The notes under the pieces are model-generated. The model searched no databases, had not been told where the DNA came from, and was given only the letters and a program-made list of their open reading frames with translations. The position numbers and the translations under genes were made by a program. From positions 218,363-282,362 of the forward strand of contig NMRA01000283.1 in assembly GCA_002633005.1 (NCBI GenBank): 64,000 bases of DNA. The letters run 5' to 3'. The DNA comes from Phoronis australis. Taxonomy: Eukaryota; Animalia; Phoronida. This document shows, one piece after another, positions 1 to 13,122 of the stretch. The first letter of the stretch is position 1. Every line of letters starts with the position of its first letter.

Positions 1-1009
1 CTCCTTTGGGCATAATTTATCCCACGAAAAGCAGCGTCAACTGCTTTTACGATAATTTGGATTGTGGAAGAAAACACGTAGGGTCCAAGGAAATGAAAAG
101 GGCTTTGAAATTATAAAAGCTGTTGGTATTGAGACTTTTATTTTGTTGTTTGGATGTTGCCAAGGATTTTGACGAGGCCTGTAAGTTGTGCTCCCAAACA
201 GTGGAAGTGGTCAATAAAAACAAAACACAAGTAATATAAATACTTAGTGATTTACATTTTGACTTTGGTCTGTGTTGAATTAGGATGCATCAATGCTGAC
301 ATTTTTTTTGTATTTGTTCAGATATACATTTTAAAGAGTTTTATTAAACCTAAGTAAGAGTGGCGACACAGTTGTCGATGTTTTTGTGTTTATGAAGAGA
401 TTTGAAACTAATTTTCATTTGCTCGATTCATACATGCAAGCACACCGAACGCTGTGAACAAGGCACGAAAACGTCACCAATGTAAAAAATAAATATGTTT
501 TCGAAAAGCCAAACCGTAAAATCATTATAACTGCTAAATGCAGTAATTGAAGGTTGACTATTTCACCTTCGTAGCCCTGCACATCATGCGTCAACATGCA
601 AGAGACGCTCACTGGTCTCGTAGGTTTTTATGCAAAATGAAAGCACATAGACGTAAAAACATCCTAGCGCCGTAGTTTGGGATAGGTTACTGCGGACGGC
701 AACTAAACAAGCGTGCAGCAGTTTACAGTATTTACGTTAACAGCTTCGCATTTGATTTACCGCAGGGATGAGCCGTCTGGCTGTCAGTGAGTGGAATGTG
801 CCTGAGCATTCTGCCGGTAATTTCAACTGATGCATTTTTCTCATCTAATTTTCACAGTTAATTATGAAGTGTCTTAGGTTGACCACAACGGTGTATTTTT
901 GGTCAAAATCCACTGACATTTGCCACAATTACTTCCATTGTCAAAACCGCTCTGTCTGTGACCAGGAATACAGATGGTGTCATCACCCCAGGTCGAGTTA
1001 CTGGATACT

Positions 1010-1916
1010 GTCTACTCGACGCAATCTTCACATGACCACATTTACGTTCAAGGTAATAAACAATGTCAACAACGTGTCTGTCAAAAAAATATTTGATCTA
1101 TATATTAGACAAGGCCATCGTAGTGATTTGAGATTCTCCACCCCATATGCAATTCCTCCGTCGTTCAGTCAGGCATTCAGAAGGTCTACAGTCATGATGT
1201 GCATCAACAACTGGAATTCTCTTCCAGTCTCTGTTAAGGAAAGCAACTCTTTTACGAGTATAAAAAATAATTTTAGAACTGTTTTTCATAATTTTGATAA
1301 CTCAACACCCTTGACTCAATTCTCCCTTACCCGCGATAACGAAATAGCATTGTACAGATCAAGATGTGGCCTTTTCCTCAACTCTGACAAGTTCAGGCAC
1401 AACTTTAGTAATGTATCTCCAAACTGTAAATGTGGTGACCATCAATCTTATCCTCATATTTTCTTCAAATGTCCCCTCATCGAATCCCTGAGAGACTCAC
1501 TCTTTCGTGCACTCAATGATAACCAATCAGTTGTTAACGCTCTCAATTCTTGTAATAATATCCCTACTAGAGTTACATTATTACTGAATGGTAGTCCTAA
1601 CCTTGACTTTGTTCTTAACGAATTCCTCCTAAGCAACGTTAGCAAATTTTTATATACCGTTTATCAATATTGTTGCATCTGATTTCCCTACATGAATCTG
1701 TAAATATTTTTGTTTTTATATATCTGTAATAGCATGTCTAAGTATTGGAATACTTATTTTAGATACTACTTAATTGTATATATCTCTATGTATATAAGTT
1801 TCATTTATGAATTGTTTACAACCCAGATATAATGCTTCGCGGTTTCTGGGTTTGTTATTATTTCTTTGTATGTTCTGTGTATCCTTCAATAAATATATAT
1901 CACAGTGAAAAAAAAA
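1010..1916 (+). mobile_element. 5'-truncated CR1-group (CR1/L2/Crack/Daphne-like) LINE: ORF2 C-terminus, 3' UTR, poly(A)
   Basis: Perfect 14-bp direct repeat AGTTACTGGATACT at 996-1009 and 1917-1930 (TSD). AATAAA and A-tail precede it. Frame is open to the stop at 1682 and includes WNSLP, LYRSRCGL and CKC..H..FKCP, homologous to ORF 42516-43277. Confidence 0.88.
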
Positions 1917-2314
1917 AGTTACTGGATACTAGTATTCTAAATAAACTACCCCTGTGGAATGAGTTCAGACCCTGAGCGAAATGGTTAATCCTACTCAATT
2001 TGAATGTCGCCATTTATGCATCGTTGATAGCACTAAGTGGTGATATCACTGATCCAGAATAGACATGAATATATTAAAGAGACAGCAATGGTTTTCTGCG
2101 GAAATGCATTTTGAGATGTTTGTTGGGTGGGATAGACTTATCGAAGTTATTAGTCTTGACCAGAGCTATCAAACAACAAGATACGTTGTTTTTGTGACTT
2201 TATTACAAATCGTCTCGCCGTTGTCTACCAGTCATTCGCAAAAGAGCCTTAGGCCAATTTCAGAAAATTGCTTTTCTCCCGATGATGTTCTTTTAATAAC
2301 ACTAAGTGATAAAT

Positions 2315-2471
2315 ATAGATTATTACATGGCGAATTCGTTATCCCCCGTTATCTAGAGCCCAAGTGGATTTTGGAGAATTATGGCACGAGGGGCGTTAGG
2401 GTGATAATTCTCCAAAATCCACGAGGGCTCTAGATAAGGGGGATAACGACTGAGAACATGTAATAATCTAT
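2315..2471. repeat. Long imperfect palindrome, probably part of a non-autonomous DNA element (Crypton-like appearance)
   Basis: ATAGATTATTACATG pairs with CATGTAATAATCTAT. Inner arms TTATCTAGAGCCC..GTGGATTTTGGAGAATTAT pair with ATAATTCTCCAAAATCCAC..GGGCTCTAGATAA. Confidence 0.75.
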
Positions 2472-2724
2472 TTACACCGCATACTGAACGAGAAACATTC
2501 CAATGAATCGATCTACCTTTCTCGACTCGCCTCGGCTTTGTAACTACTTTCTATGTCAGAGGCCCGGGGTCGGAGGTCGTGACCTTTTAAGAAAAGCCGA
2601 GCTTTTTTGTCAAATAATGCTTATACTCAAAACCAATTGAAAATTTAAACAAAATAGAAATAAAGTGAATGTATAAATTAAGGTTTAGCAACTATTACAT
2701 TTTATTACGCTAAGCTTCGACCAG

Positions 2725-3014
2725 TGCCCGGTCTCCAATCTCCGTACTCAGACTCATACTCATACTCGAGATTTCATACTCAAAATCGTGCTCACTGGAG
2801 TCGTACTCAAAAAAGCGTATCTAATGTCGTATTTCGAGTAGACTNACACTTCAGTTCGAGTACACTCGAAAACTCAGCATGTGCTCGAAATTTCGAGTAC
2901 AGATTTTTCGAGTATGACATTGAATACACCAAAGCTGAGTCTGTACTCGAGTTGAGTATGAAGTGTGAGTTTGAGCATGATTCGAGTCTGAGTACGGAGA
3001 TTGGAGACCGGGGC
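2725..3014. mobile_element. MITE, PIF/Harbinger-like
   Basis: TIR CCCGGTCTCCAATCTCCGTACTCAGACTC / GAGTCTGAGTACGGAGATTGGAGACCGGG, flanked by 3-bp CAG on both sides (2722-2724, 3015-3017). Internal ACTC/GAGT repeats. Confidence 0.8.
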
Positions 3015-3290
3015 CAGGAATATATCGTCTGGTAAAGTAGGTTACCACTAGTAACTGTAATGCTCAAGTCAAAGGATCCCGACGACACGATACCCGCATT
3101 CAAATTGGAGATCGATGATTTACAAGTTGGAGAACACAAGAGAAAAATTTCACTGAATTGAAATGTTTTTATGGAAATTATGCGTCTTATTTTTCATAGC
3201 GTATAAATGTCGGTGCAATGCCCTTTTCTGAACATGCGATTGTTGGCGCGTGCTCATTTAAGTATTCTATTTTCACGTCCGAGGACGTCA

Positions 3291-3366
3291 GCCGCTGAGT
3301 GGTGTAGTGGTAAAGTCGGCGACTCGAAGCGCTTGAGGCCCGGTTTCGAATTCGGCCTCGGTTTCC
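3291..3366 (+). mobile_element. tRNA-derived SINE head / tRNA pseudogene
   Basis: A-box TGGTGTAGTGG and B-box-like GGTTTCGAATTC at tRNA spacing; no clean cloverleaf. Confidence 0.6.
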
Positions 3367-3490
3367 CGCCAAAATGTTATCTCACTAGTGAAATAACTTT
3401 ATGTGTTAGTACACGGTTGTATCTGCCATTCGAGGCTAATATTGTGGTATATCAACACTTTTCACGTAGATAATCATTTCTACACGTTAA

Positions 3491-4001
3491 GGAGACATGG
3501 GAAACGCAAACGGGTAAAAACATCTTTTAAACGGATCATGAAGAATCTAGCTCTTTCAGTAAAGAATTTATAGAAAGATCGTCAGATTCATTGTCTTTGA
3601 AATAGACAAAAGACAAACTCTTTCATCCCATTACAGTTTTCAAATTCCCCGTCCGTAATAATATATGCGTGCGCATGCGCTCAAAGAAGACGGACTGTCT
3701 GCTGCTTGAAATCGCCTATGTTTTGTTTAGGTCAAAGGTAAAAATGTGCTACGTCTGTGTCTTGCAATACAGAGACGGGCTTTGCCTTGTGGTAGAAAAA
3801 TCTACGAAGTGACGAGCAGTTGATATTTTGTTGTTTTTTTTTTAGAAATTTGCAGCTAAAAAAATCTTTGGCATCAACAGAAATCCAAGGTCTTTACGAA
3901 CAAACCGAAAAAAACTGATGAACAGTTTGACTTCTGTTTCAGTGGCAGAGAATCACTTTGAGTAATTCAATTAAGTGAGTTTTGTCAAATTCTGTGCCAC
4001 T
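3491..4001. mobile_element. TTAA-flanked non-autonomous DNA element (Kolobok-like), copy 1
   Basis: TTAA at 3487-3490 and 4002-4005. Starts GGAGACATGG. 3715-3980 aligns by eye with 57563-57840 (e.g. GTCAAAGGT, AAGTGACGAGCAGTT, TCTTTACGAACAAACCG). Confidence 0.65.
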
Positions 4002-7000
4002 TTAAGAAAAACGTTTGAGAAAACCATGCAATTAGGGAACTTCCAGGAGGTCTGTACCACAGGCTTTTGTATAGTGTAAGGTGTCCCCCCAATATGGTAG
4101 TACAGTGTCCATGGAGGGGTCAATTCAAACAACACATCCTACGAGGAAAATAACCAAACGAAACTCATGGTCTGAAAGCATGTCACAAGATGACACACGT
4201 ACGTAAGACTAACTGTACGAGCAATGCAATTGTTTGGTGAAAACAACAAAGCCAACCATTTGAACATGTAAATCTTGAACCGGCGTGGAGGGACAGAAAT
4301 CTTTTCATACTCATGTTCATTAGATCACTTGATGTGGCCAACAGGTGGCGTGCAGATGGACAATTATTGTGGGTTTCATGGATCCTTAAATATGGAGAAC
4401 CAGCCACTTGTTGAATTACAGATGCAAACCTGTAGCCTACAAAATCAGAAAAAGGATCGAAACTTGGGATTCGTGTACCTCCAACTAATCTCCATCCCCC
4501 TGCATCATCACCATCTTACTATCCCAGGTCAGAATTGTTGTAAACAAAGTTATCCAGGTAGGTTTTATAATAAGCCATTCCAACAGTCAAACACACCACT
4601 GTCGCAACTTCCAGTAATTTTCTTAGTTACATCTTTTTGAACTTACGCTTCGAATGTTTCTGAAGGGTTTCATTAAATCTCCAAACTCCCCTAGCTATGG
4701 GTCTACAGATGGGTGTTTGGATTTTCAACCATCTTAAAGTTGACAACACTCGATGATTCACCTCCATGCAGTTACTTGTAAATTGTTTCTTCCGTCGTAG
4801 CTTGCAATCCATAATTTGTTTAGACATTTTGAATTTACCAATCATCTGTTAATGAAACTAAATAATTGGTTTCCACAAAAAATCACGTCGTCTGTATAGG
4901 TAGCCAGCACTCAATTGGTTTGATTTGCAAGGTGATGAAATGTCAGACGACCGAGTAACCACGTGATTTGTTCACCAGGATTATCAAGGATATTTTATGG
5001 TTAATGTGGAGTTCATTGCACCAAACATGGCTATCGCCTGACGTGTGTATCTATGTGCGCAGAACACCTGGTCTTCCTATTGTAACACAGCAGGTACCTC
5101 AAAAGATTTTCAAAGAGAATGTTGATCTTATGAACGTTTAATAAAAGTTGAGTAAGTTGATGCTTATCCATTTATGATGATGAAAGAATTGTTTTACTTG
5201 AAAAATACTTCATTACAAAATGCTTTCATCCAGAAGTTAAACCAGGTGTGTTTGAGTCTGTAAGTTAGTGAGCTAGACCTAAATAAAAAACAGCATTTGG
5301 CAACTTTCTGAAGCAGCCCCAAAAAGTAATGAATAGCCCAGCACAACTGTTGTGGCTGCGTGGTGGTTTTCTGTTTGGACCTTCTCTTCAAAATGTTCAA
5401 TCACACTAAACCCCAGTGTTTTGCGTCTCTTCGGTATTTTGCATCTCATATTTTGTCTAGCGGTGATTGAAGAAATACAACAGAAATCTCTTAAATCCAA
5501 GTTTTTATTTTTACTTTGTTGTATTTTTGTCACAGACTTTGTAATTCTATATGTTCTGGAGGTTCAAAAGACTTTGTTAAATTACCATAAGACGAGTGGC
5601 ATGATACATGTATGAATAACTAGGGTTTTCCTGTGCTCCTACTTTTGTAGGTGTATCCCAAATAGTGACAAGCGCACGCCCATTTGAAGTTGTTTGTGAA
5701 CCCTGCTCATGGGCGGCGCACCATAGGGGGCTGAGGGGGCTATAGAACCCAGATTTTCAGTGCTGCGCCGCCAATGATCATTTCTCACACGCTACAAATT
5801 TCCGGAATCATATAAGCAGCATTTTTTGCTCTGAAATACACCTGTATGCAACTTAAGAAAGACTTCTTTTAGTGAATTGATAGCAGTGATACAATTTCCG
5901 TCAAATCATTTCAACTTGGAAACTTAAAAGTTTTCAAGTTTTGAATAACTCACTTCGGCTACTACATATAGTAATGTTGAGCATGAATACAGGTAATTGT
6001 TTCAGAAGCGCCACTACATGTACGTCAATAATCATGCGCGCACCCAGTTTTCAAAATGGGGGGCTTGGATTCCTGACGTTATGGACCTTTTGCTAACATA
6101 AGAGCGGGCTGACTAAAAAAAAGAAAAAAAAAACATTTCCTCGGACATTTTGTCTCTCAGGGGCGGACCTTTTTGCCCACTTCGCCAACAGTTCGTTACA
6201 GAACGAGAGGCGGATTTTGTTTGAAGATTCGTAACACAAAGGCGACCGAATTGCCCACAATACCGAGTGTAGTTCTTGTAAGACATAAGATAGAGAAATA
6301 AAATAGTTTATGTCTGTTATCTGACGACTTCTGGCATTGGCCGAAATTTCAACCTCAATTTTGTGAATTTTGTTGCTTGTGTCCGAACTCCAGCTTTCTT
6401 AGTTCAAACAATCAAACTAAAATATAAAGGCACACAAATGTTCTAAAATTGTCTTTTTTATGTTCTTGAAGATTAGCGTCTCCAGGAAATCAGTTACCTT
6501 TTACATTCTGTTTGCGGTTATTTAAAACTTCAATATGTTTAATTTTTCTAAAAATGACGCCTAACCCATTCGAAGATGCGTTAAGCGAAAATAAGGAACC
6601 ATGAAATTTTCTGAAATTGACAAATATTGGAAGCTAATATTTTGGTCGAGTGTTTGTTTCTATAGTACTACCAAAATTCCCATCTTCCGGGTGTTGCATG
6701 TCAGCCACTCCCGAGTTGATTAACTAGGAAACTCGTTCAACACTGGCGTTTCCTTTTTTGTTTATTTCCAACTAAAATGAATTTGTACAAATCTGACTGA
6801 GTTACCATCATAAATTGCACCATAGTTAAGAAACTAGATACTGGTTAGATCGTTTGCATGCAAAGAAGCAGAACAAATACTTGATACATGTGTTGCGTAG
6901 ATACCTTGGAATAGTTTGGTGTTGTGCTGCTTCGGGCCGGGCGTATTGATGGGCATCAGAGCACTTCTGGAAATGTACCGGTCCACGGGGTGTCAGAGAA

Positions 7001-10000
7001 GCTGTGTGGGTGAAATCCAAGAACCCCTAACTGTATGTCTAGACAGGGTAGTACTAGATTCAAGTTGTCTGAGTCATGTCTTGGGAACAGCGACAGAGGG
7101 CGACACAGGTTTCGTGGGAGTCAGTCAGTCATCAATCGTCAGTTCAAAGAGCCACGTGGCTCCGTAAAGTCGGGAGAAATATCTTAGTTAGTTCCTAGAA
7201 GTATTTTGTTTTATACTTCGCCCATCGAGTACTTCACCGGGATGACTGATAATGTTGTATCCATTATATGTACTCCGGAAATGCTTGTAAAAGGTTTCAA
7301 CCTTCTTAACTACGACGCTCATTTAAGGCGGTTTATGATGCTCCGTAAAAGACCGGTTAAAACAACAGTAATTATATACTGGTAGCGGTAATGTTAAAAC
7401 GAAACTTCAAATGTGACAGAACCCTTCGTTGGCACGCGAAAAATTGCCTCATAAAAACCATGGAACAACACTAACCTGCCATTACTCGGAGAGAAGTGCC
7501 AGTTAAAATACATGTAGATCATAAGCAATGTACCATCTTTTTGTCCGAATGTAAGAATTGCCGTAAAATGGGTAAGACAGACGTACTCAGAGACAATTTG
7601 AATTTTACAAAAACGTTGTTTCCAACTTGTTCAGGACAAGAAATTCAAAGCGTACATCGTCGTGTACGCCCGTCACACTCATTCAAGTTACATAAAGTTG
7701 TCTGGCATAATTTTTTAAGAAAATATCAAAATTTTGTATGATATACTTCACAGGCATTCTACTAAATCACCATGTAAAACAAAGAATTGTAACTTTTTAC
7801 AATCATAATTATTAAAATCAGAAATCGGCACTTGGCATTGCTTTGAAGTCCGATATAATGACAAAGTTTTTCGTATGAAAACACTGCATGTAGTCGCATT
7901 TGGACAGTTGTGACCAGATGTCGCTGGTGTTTGCCTGCGATGTAAACGGGTTGGTGAGATTCAATGATTAGGCTCAAAACTTTCCGACATGAAAATACTC
8001 TTTAAGTACGTAATTTACTATCGTAATTTACCACCGGCATGTTACCTTCAACGGACGTGATCAACTGAAATACAACCAAACATTGTTTATCACCGCATTT
8101 TCAAAATACATGTAGCTTTGAAGAGTCATGGTCTTTTTAATTCGAATGTATTTAAGAGCAGCTGGTGTGTTTCTTATACCAACTTGTGCAAGGCTACGAG
8201 GGTGACTGTTCATTTCAAAAGCAATAGATGTCTTTGATCACTTTCGCATCTAAATCTTATAATTGTTTAAATGTATCTTTTAATGTACATTAAATATATT
8301 AAATGTAAGAAAATGGGATTAAAAGAAACACGTCATCCTTTATTAAACTGCATTACCATGAAAGCTCCGCACAAATTATTATACATCCTGAAGCAGCAGC
8401 GGTGGATTTAAATTAACGACCGTAATGATTCCATCAGAACACTGTAATCGCCTAATGTAGTTCAAAACTGATGATAAAAATTCTGATTAACTAATTAAGG
8501 TAATTTTAAGTCACGTATTTTTTGTTTCGGCTACAGGTACGCCCAGTTAAGCGGTGGCGCTGCAATCAACAAGAAAATGACATAGTATCATTTGTTGGAT
8601 ATGTCGCTCTTGGATGATGACTTCGACTTCCTGGACTTTCTAAGGTTGGTTGAGGATAAACCATGAAAAACGTTTAAAATATCCTCGAATAAATTTGGCG
8701 TCTTTGACAGACGAGCAAGTCAATGTTTTATATCGCTAAGTTAATTTCTGTGTTTGTGTACATTTTCAATCACTGATGTTTATCATAGAATAAAACTACA
8801 CGTTCACTTATTGTGTTTAGTTAACTTCAGGATACTTGAACTAATACCTATGTCAACGGGTGGACGGAGGCAGCCGGGGACACTTCGCAAAGTTGATGAT
8901 GTTTTGACCAGGGAAACCTTATTAGGTGATGAACAGGGGTTTCGCAGCCCACTTGTGCACATTTCTGCACTGAGCTATATCTTGGATGACCATACTTTCT
9001 AAAAATATCAAAAAGGTGCATCAATTTAACGACCTTTTACGATAAATCGGCAATTAAAACTCACGGTATGCACTTACAGAAGATCAGCTGTCTTCACGTT
9101 GTGACAAGACTGAACGCGATAAACTACAGGTCAACATTGTGTCGTAATGAGCAAAGAATGTCGACCTCACTCGTTCACGTTCGCGCTTGACGTGTAGTCG
9201 AAGCTCTCCAAAAATGGAACACGACGCATACGCGTGCGTAGACCTGTGACCTTTGGTTAATCAAACGTTCGCGTTCGCACTTAACGTGTAGCCTAAGCTG
9301 AGCTACTAGAAATGTGACATTTCTTCGGACACTAAAAGTTATTTTGAACAAAATAAAGACAATGATAAGCGTTGTGATTAGTTCACAAACTCTAAGTTAT
9401 TTCTATTACAGTTTTCTAAATTATCACTTCGTCTTCGTTTGATGCAACTTTTGATTTAATTCATAAAAATTATAAAAGTCCTATTTTAAGAGCATCTCAT
9501 GCGAAAGTGCAAAATTTTTAAAACAATTCCGAAAGCATTTGGAGAACAGTGCGTAAATCACGATGTCTGAAAGCTTCATATGAATTTAATCAACCTTTTC
9601 TGAGACATGATGGACCGAAGTTTGCAAAATTGGCCTTTTTTCCAGGGTCCTACATACATTTGTAACCTTAAATTCGTAACGTTGATGTTGCGTTGTCAAA
9701 AATTAGTTCCTCCTTTGCTATCGAAGTGCTCTACATTTTGTGGTTAGAAATGATCCTCCTGTTGAGTTTCAGAAATTCCTTAAATGGATTCGTCCTTTAC
9801 ATTGATGGCCTTTATTATGGGCAAAGTCTTGACTTAAAGTCACTCAGCGACAGTCAATCATACTGTGTTCTCAGGCAAGCAGGGTCATAAAATGTAATAA
9901 ATAACCCTGCCTATCAAAGTATAAAACCACTTCTTGAAAAATGCAAATTTCCAAGAATTAACAATTCTAGATAACACATACGTAAAGCATAGAAAAGTAA

Positions 10001-10271
10001 CAGAAATGGGTGTTCGAACAGTAAAAAATCGGTCTAGATTCGTTGCATTATGAGTCGATCCAATCGAGTAATGGTGGTGAAAAGTTAGCCATCTATGGGG
10101 CATGTTCCTTGCCAGTCTTCATCAACCTGTTTACCCACAGGATCATTTGCAGAATTTTCCCGTCAACGTGGCAGCCACATCTAATGTTGGAACACAGAAA
10201 GGAAATTTACAGGTTCAAAATTCATTAACTGTCGGCGCTACCTTTCGTAGCACGAAAGGTAGCGCTGTGGC

Positions 10272-10645
10272 ATGTTGTTTAACATCGCTACTCATTGGTC
10301 AAAGTAATGAAACCGACGTCATAACATTCAGTCATTCCCATTGATTGAAATCTGGGAAATCCCTTTCAGTTTACTGTTACGTAGTATGGCGGCCACCTTT
10401 GTCTTGAATAGTTGCGATTTATCAAAAACGGGCAGTAATCGAAATAAACAAACTCAAGGAAACCCCGATCCCGTAGCTAAGCCTGAACAAGTACACTTCA
10501 GATAAGGCGTGTGCAAGTGGTGGCGATATGATCGATAAACTTCCGACCAAGCATGCGCATTGATGCCCACACACGGAATTTCGTGTGTCGTTCATCGTGT
10601 TTCCAGAGGGATACTTTTCAGTATAGGTGGCGTTGTGTCAGATGG
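10272..10645 (+). repeat. Dispersed repeat with RecQ-like helicase N-terminal remnant (AcademH-like), copy 1
   Basis: Colinear similarity to 23004-23358. Frameshifted translation gives KPEQVHF / KACASGGDMIDKLPT. Confidence 0.6.
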
Positions 10646-12796
10646 TAATTCAGTGCTGCCTCGTTTTTGTGCCACAGGAATTTCACATGTTAGCTGTTGT
10701 TGTTGTCTGATTATCTAGTTTTTCTCGATTGCGTTTCTCTATTCGTCCTTCCAGTGCCCACCAAGTATTACTGCTGTAATCTGAAATTATCCATCTTCCC
10801 GCTATGAATAAGAGACGCGAAAATGTACCCGATTTCTAAAATAGGGCACACGCTTTTTTATTTCCAGGACAAAGAGGAGTAAATTATCGACGTGTAATCC
10901 GAGACGGACCTATTTCAGTTGTTTGCGTTTTCGGAAGTTGTTCGTTTGCGTGTAAGCGTAGATTCCAAAAACGGGGTTGGTTATTTAGAGTTGCACACCA
11001 CAATTTATAAATACGACGGAACAATTGATCATTTGATTTTTGAACATTGGAACGTGAGTCAGAGATAAACGCACAACACAGGAATCGGTCTGCTTTCCTG
11101 CTTTGATGACACTCCTTTTCGGACCAATCATGAAAATCTGATCATAGTGTCCTGAAAATGTCTCGATGAACAGCAAGATGTAAACTTAGATTATGACAGT
11201 TTATTCAGCATCGTTGAGTTTAGGCCCTGGTTAGAGGATTTTGAATTGAATGACTGACATGGGCCACTACACAGGGGGGGGGGGTATATAAACAACAGCA
11301 TGTAGAAATTCAGATTTTCCAGTGTGATGAAATCAAACGCTTAGCCGAACCGGGACATTGCAAACATTTTAACTCCAACTAGAGCTAAAAAGCGACACCT
11401 GGCACACATCCACAAAGCAAATTGACCTATCGCCCGGATTTTGATTTTGAGTGACGTTTTAAATGACCAATCAGAACGCAGCACTCTTGACACACCTTCG
11501 TTACCCGACAAGCAACACGTTGACGGGTAAAACTTATTGTTTGTTTGTAGGGTGTCACGTTACAAGGGAGCGGAGCTTGCGAGTGGTCAGCTAACGCGTT
11601 ATTCCATCCAGACTTAGATGAACGCGTTAACGTGTAAAACTCGCACGCTCTAACAAATGAATCACTTGTAGTTCCATAAGATGTGCACTTTCGTCTGAAA
11701 GTAATCACGTCTTACCAAGATTTTACGTTACGATATTTGCTACGAAGTAAATCACCATCCATGCACGCAGTTACACTCATCGGGATATGACGCTTTGATT
11801 CGCGTTCACGCAAAGAGGTATACAGGAAATTTTGTCGAGCAAACTAACGACTATTTTATACTAGAAACATGACTCATGACTGAGCAATGCTTTTAAGTTG
11901 TTGATGTGCGTGTAGATCGTAGCGGAATGAGAGAGAGCGACTGCGTGCTTCTTGTTTTCCAAAACAATAAACAGCTGACTGAGTCTGGACACAATCTCTT
12001 CAAAATACAGATTCATTCTCATGGGATTTTTGTGGATGTTTTTTGATTTTTTCCGAAAATTGTTACTCGAGTGATCACATGTGCAATTTTTGCATTAAAA
12101 AGTTGGAAAAGTCCGCCGCAAACATGACCGTGCGTCTATTTGATGAAATTAGTGACTTACGACTTTATTACCCTTCCACTTCAAGATTGCCGACTAAAGT
12201 TTTATTCAAATAATTAATATAAGCGTATCACAGTCCAGAAACAATTTACATGAATTAACTCGGTATCTAGCTATTATGTGTATATTCTCAGAGATTTTCA
12301 TTTGAGCATAAACGTTTTTTGTTATTCGTCTTAGTTTTTGTTGGATAAACAACGCGTATCATAACTTCCGCGCCTGCGGAAGAATGCTAAAACAAGACAG
12401 AATTACTTGAATAGCTAAATCGCGCTCAACTCGTCACTATAAGAAAAAAAAATAATTGTGGATCGATTTCTGTCCTTTAAAACCGTTATAAATTGATTTT
12501 TATGCTTGGAACTAATCTGACAATATCTTCCAACGTTAAGTGGCTGTTGTTTTGTTTACCGGCTATGCAGGCAGGCATGTTCTTATTAATATTGCGGTTT
12601 GCAAGCCATGGTGCGTTTGCTCGCCTTCTTTATAAAAGTAATGCATCAGCATTCCTGCATAGGCCCTTAACCACTTCACCATCGACAGATATTGTGTCGG
12701 GGTTATTTCGCAATGTACATCAAAATAATCCGACCTGCGTAGTTTTACAACTAAGGCCAGCATACGACTTTGGCTACGATTTACACGCGTTTTACA

Positions 12797-13122
12797 TAAG
12801 CGGATTTAGGGGGGGGTCATGGGGTCCACCCCCCCCCCCTTGGCTGCCGCCAAAAATAAAACAGGAATACAGTAAGAGCGTGAGGAAATATTGAGTTTAT
12901 TAATTAACCCTGGTAATGACGAAGTGGCCGAAACAAGGTGTAGGAAGCGTCTCCCCGTTTTTTTATTTTTAGTCGTGCGGTTGCATTACAGCAAGGAGGT
13001 CCACACTCTCAGAAATCCAAGCCCTCCTTCATTTCAGGCTGGATGTGCGCATGCAGTCGTGCTTTACGTGATTGCCCGAGACAAAGTGTCGCCCCCCTTA
13101 AGGTATCCTAGATCCGCCACTG
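12797..13122. mobile_element. MITE with GCGGAT..ATCCGCCACTG ends
   Basis: Left CATAAGCGGATTTAGGGGG and right CCTAGATCCGCCACTG; same terminal style as 28813 and 31182. Confidence 0.5.

Noticed and set aside
864-1009. N-terminal part of the 272-aa ORF as a real protein start
   Set aside because: It lies outside or within the LINE's left TSD; chance in-frame flanking sequence.
3291-3366. Functional tRNA gene
   Set aside because: Acceptor and anticodon stems do not pair cleanly; better explained as a SINE head.
6826-7167. Possible GPCR downstream exon
   Set aside because: Stops in the minus-strand frames examined and no transmembrane character.
12905-12950. Hammerhead-like CTG..TGA..CCGAAAC
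   Set aside because: The core is not CUGANGA and the stems are unsupported.
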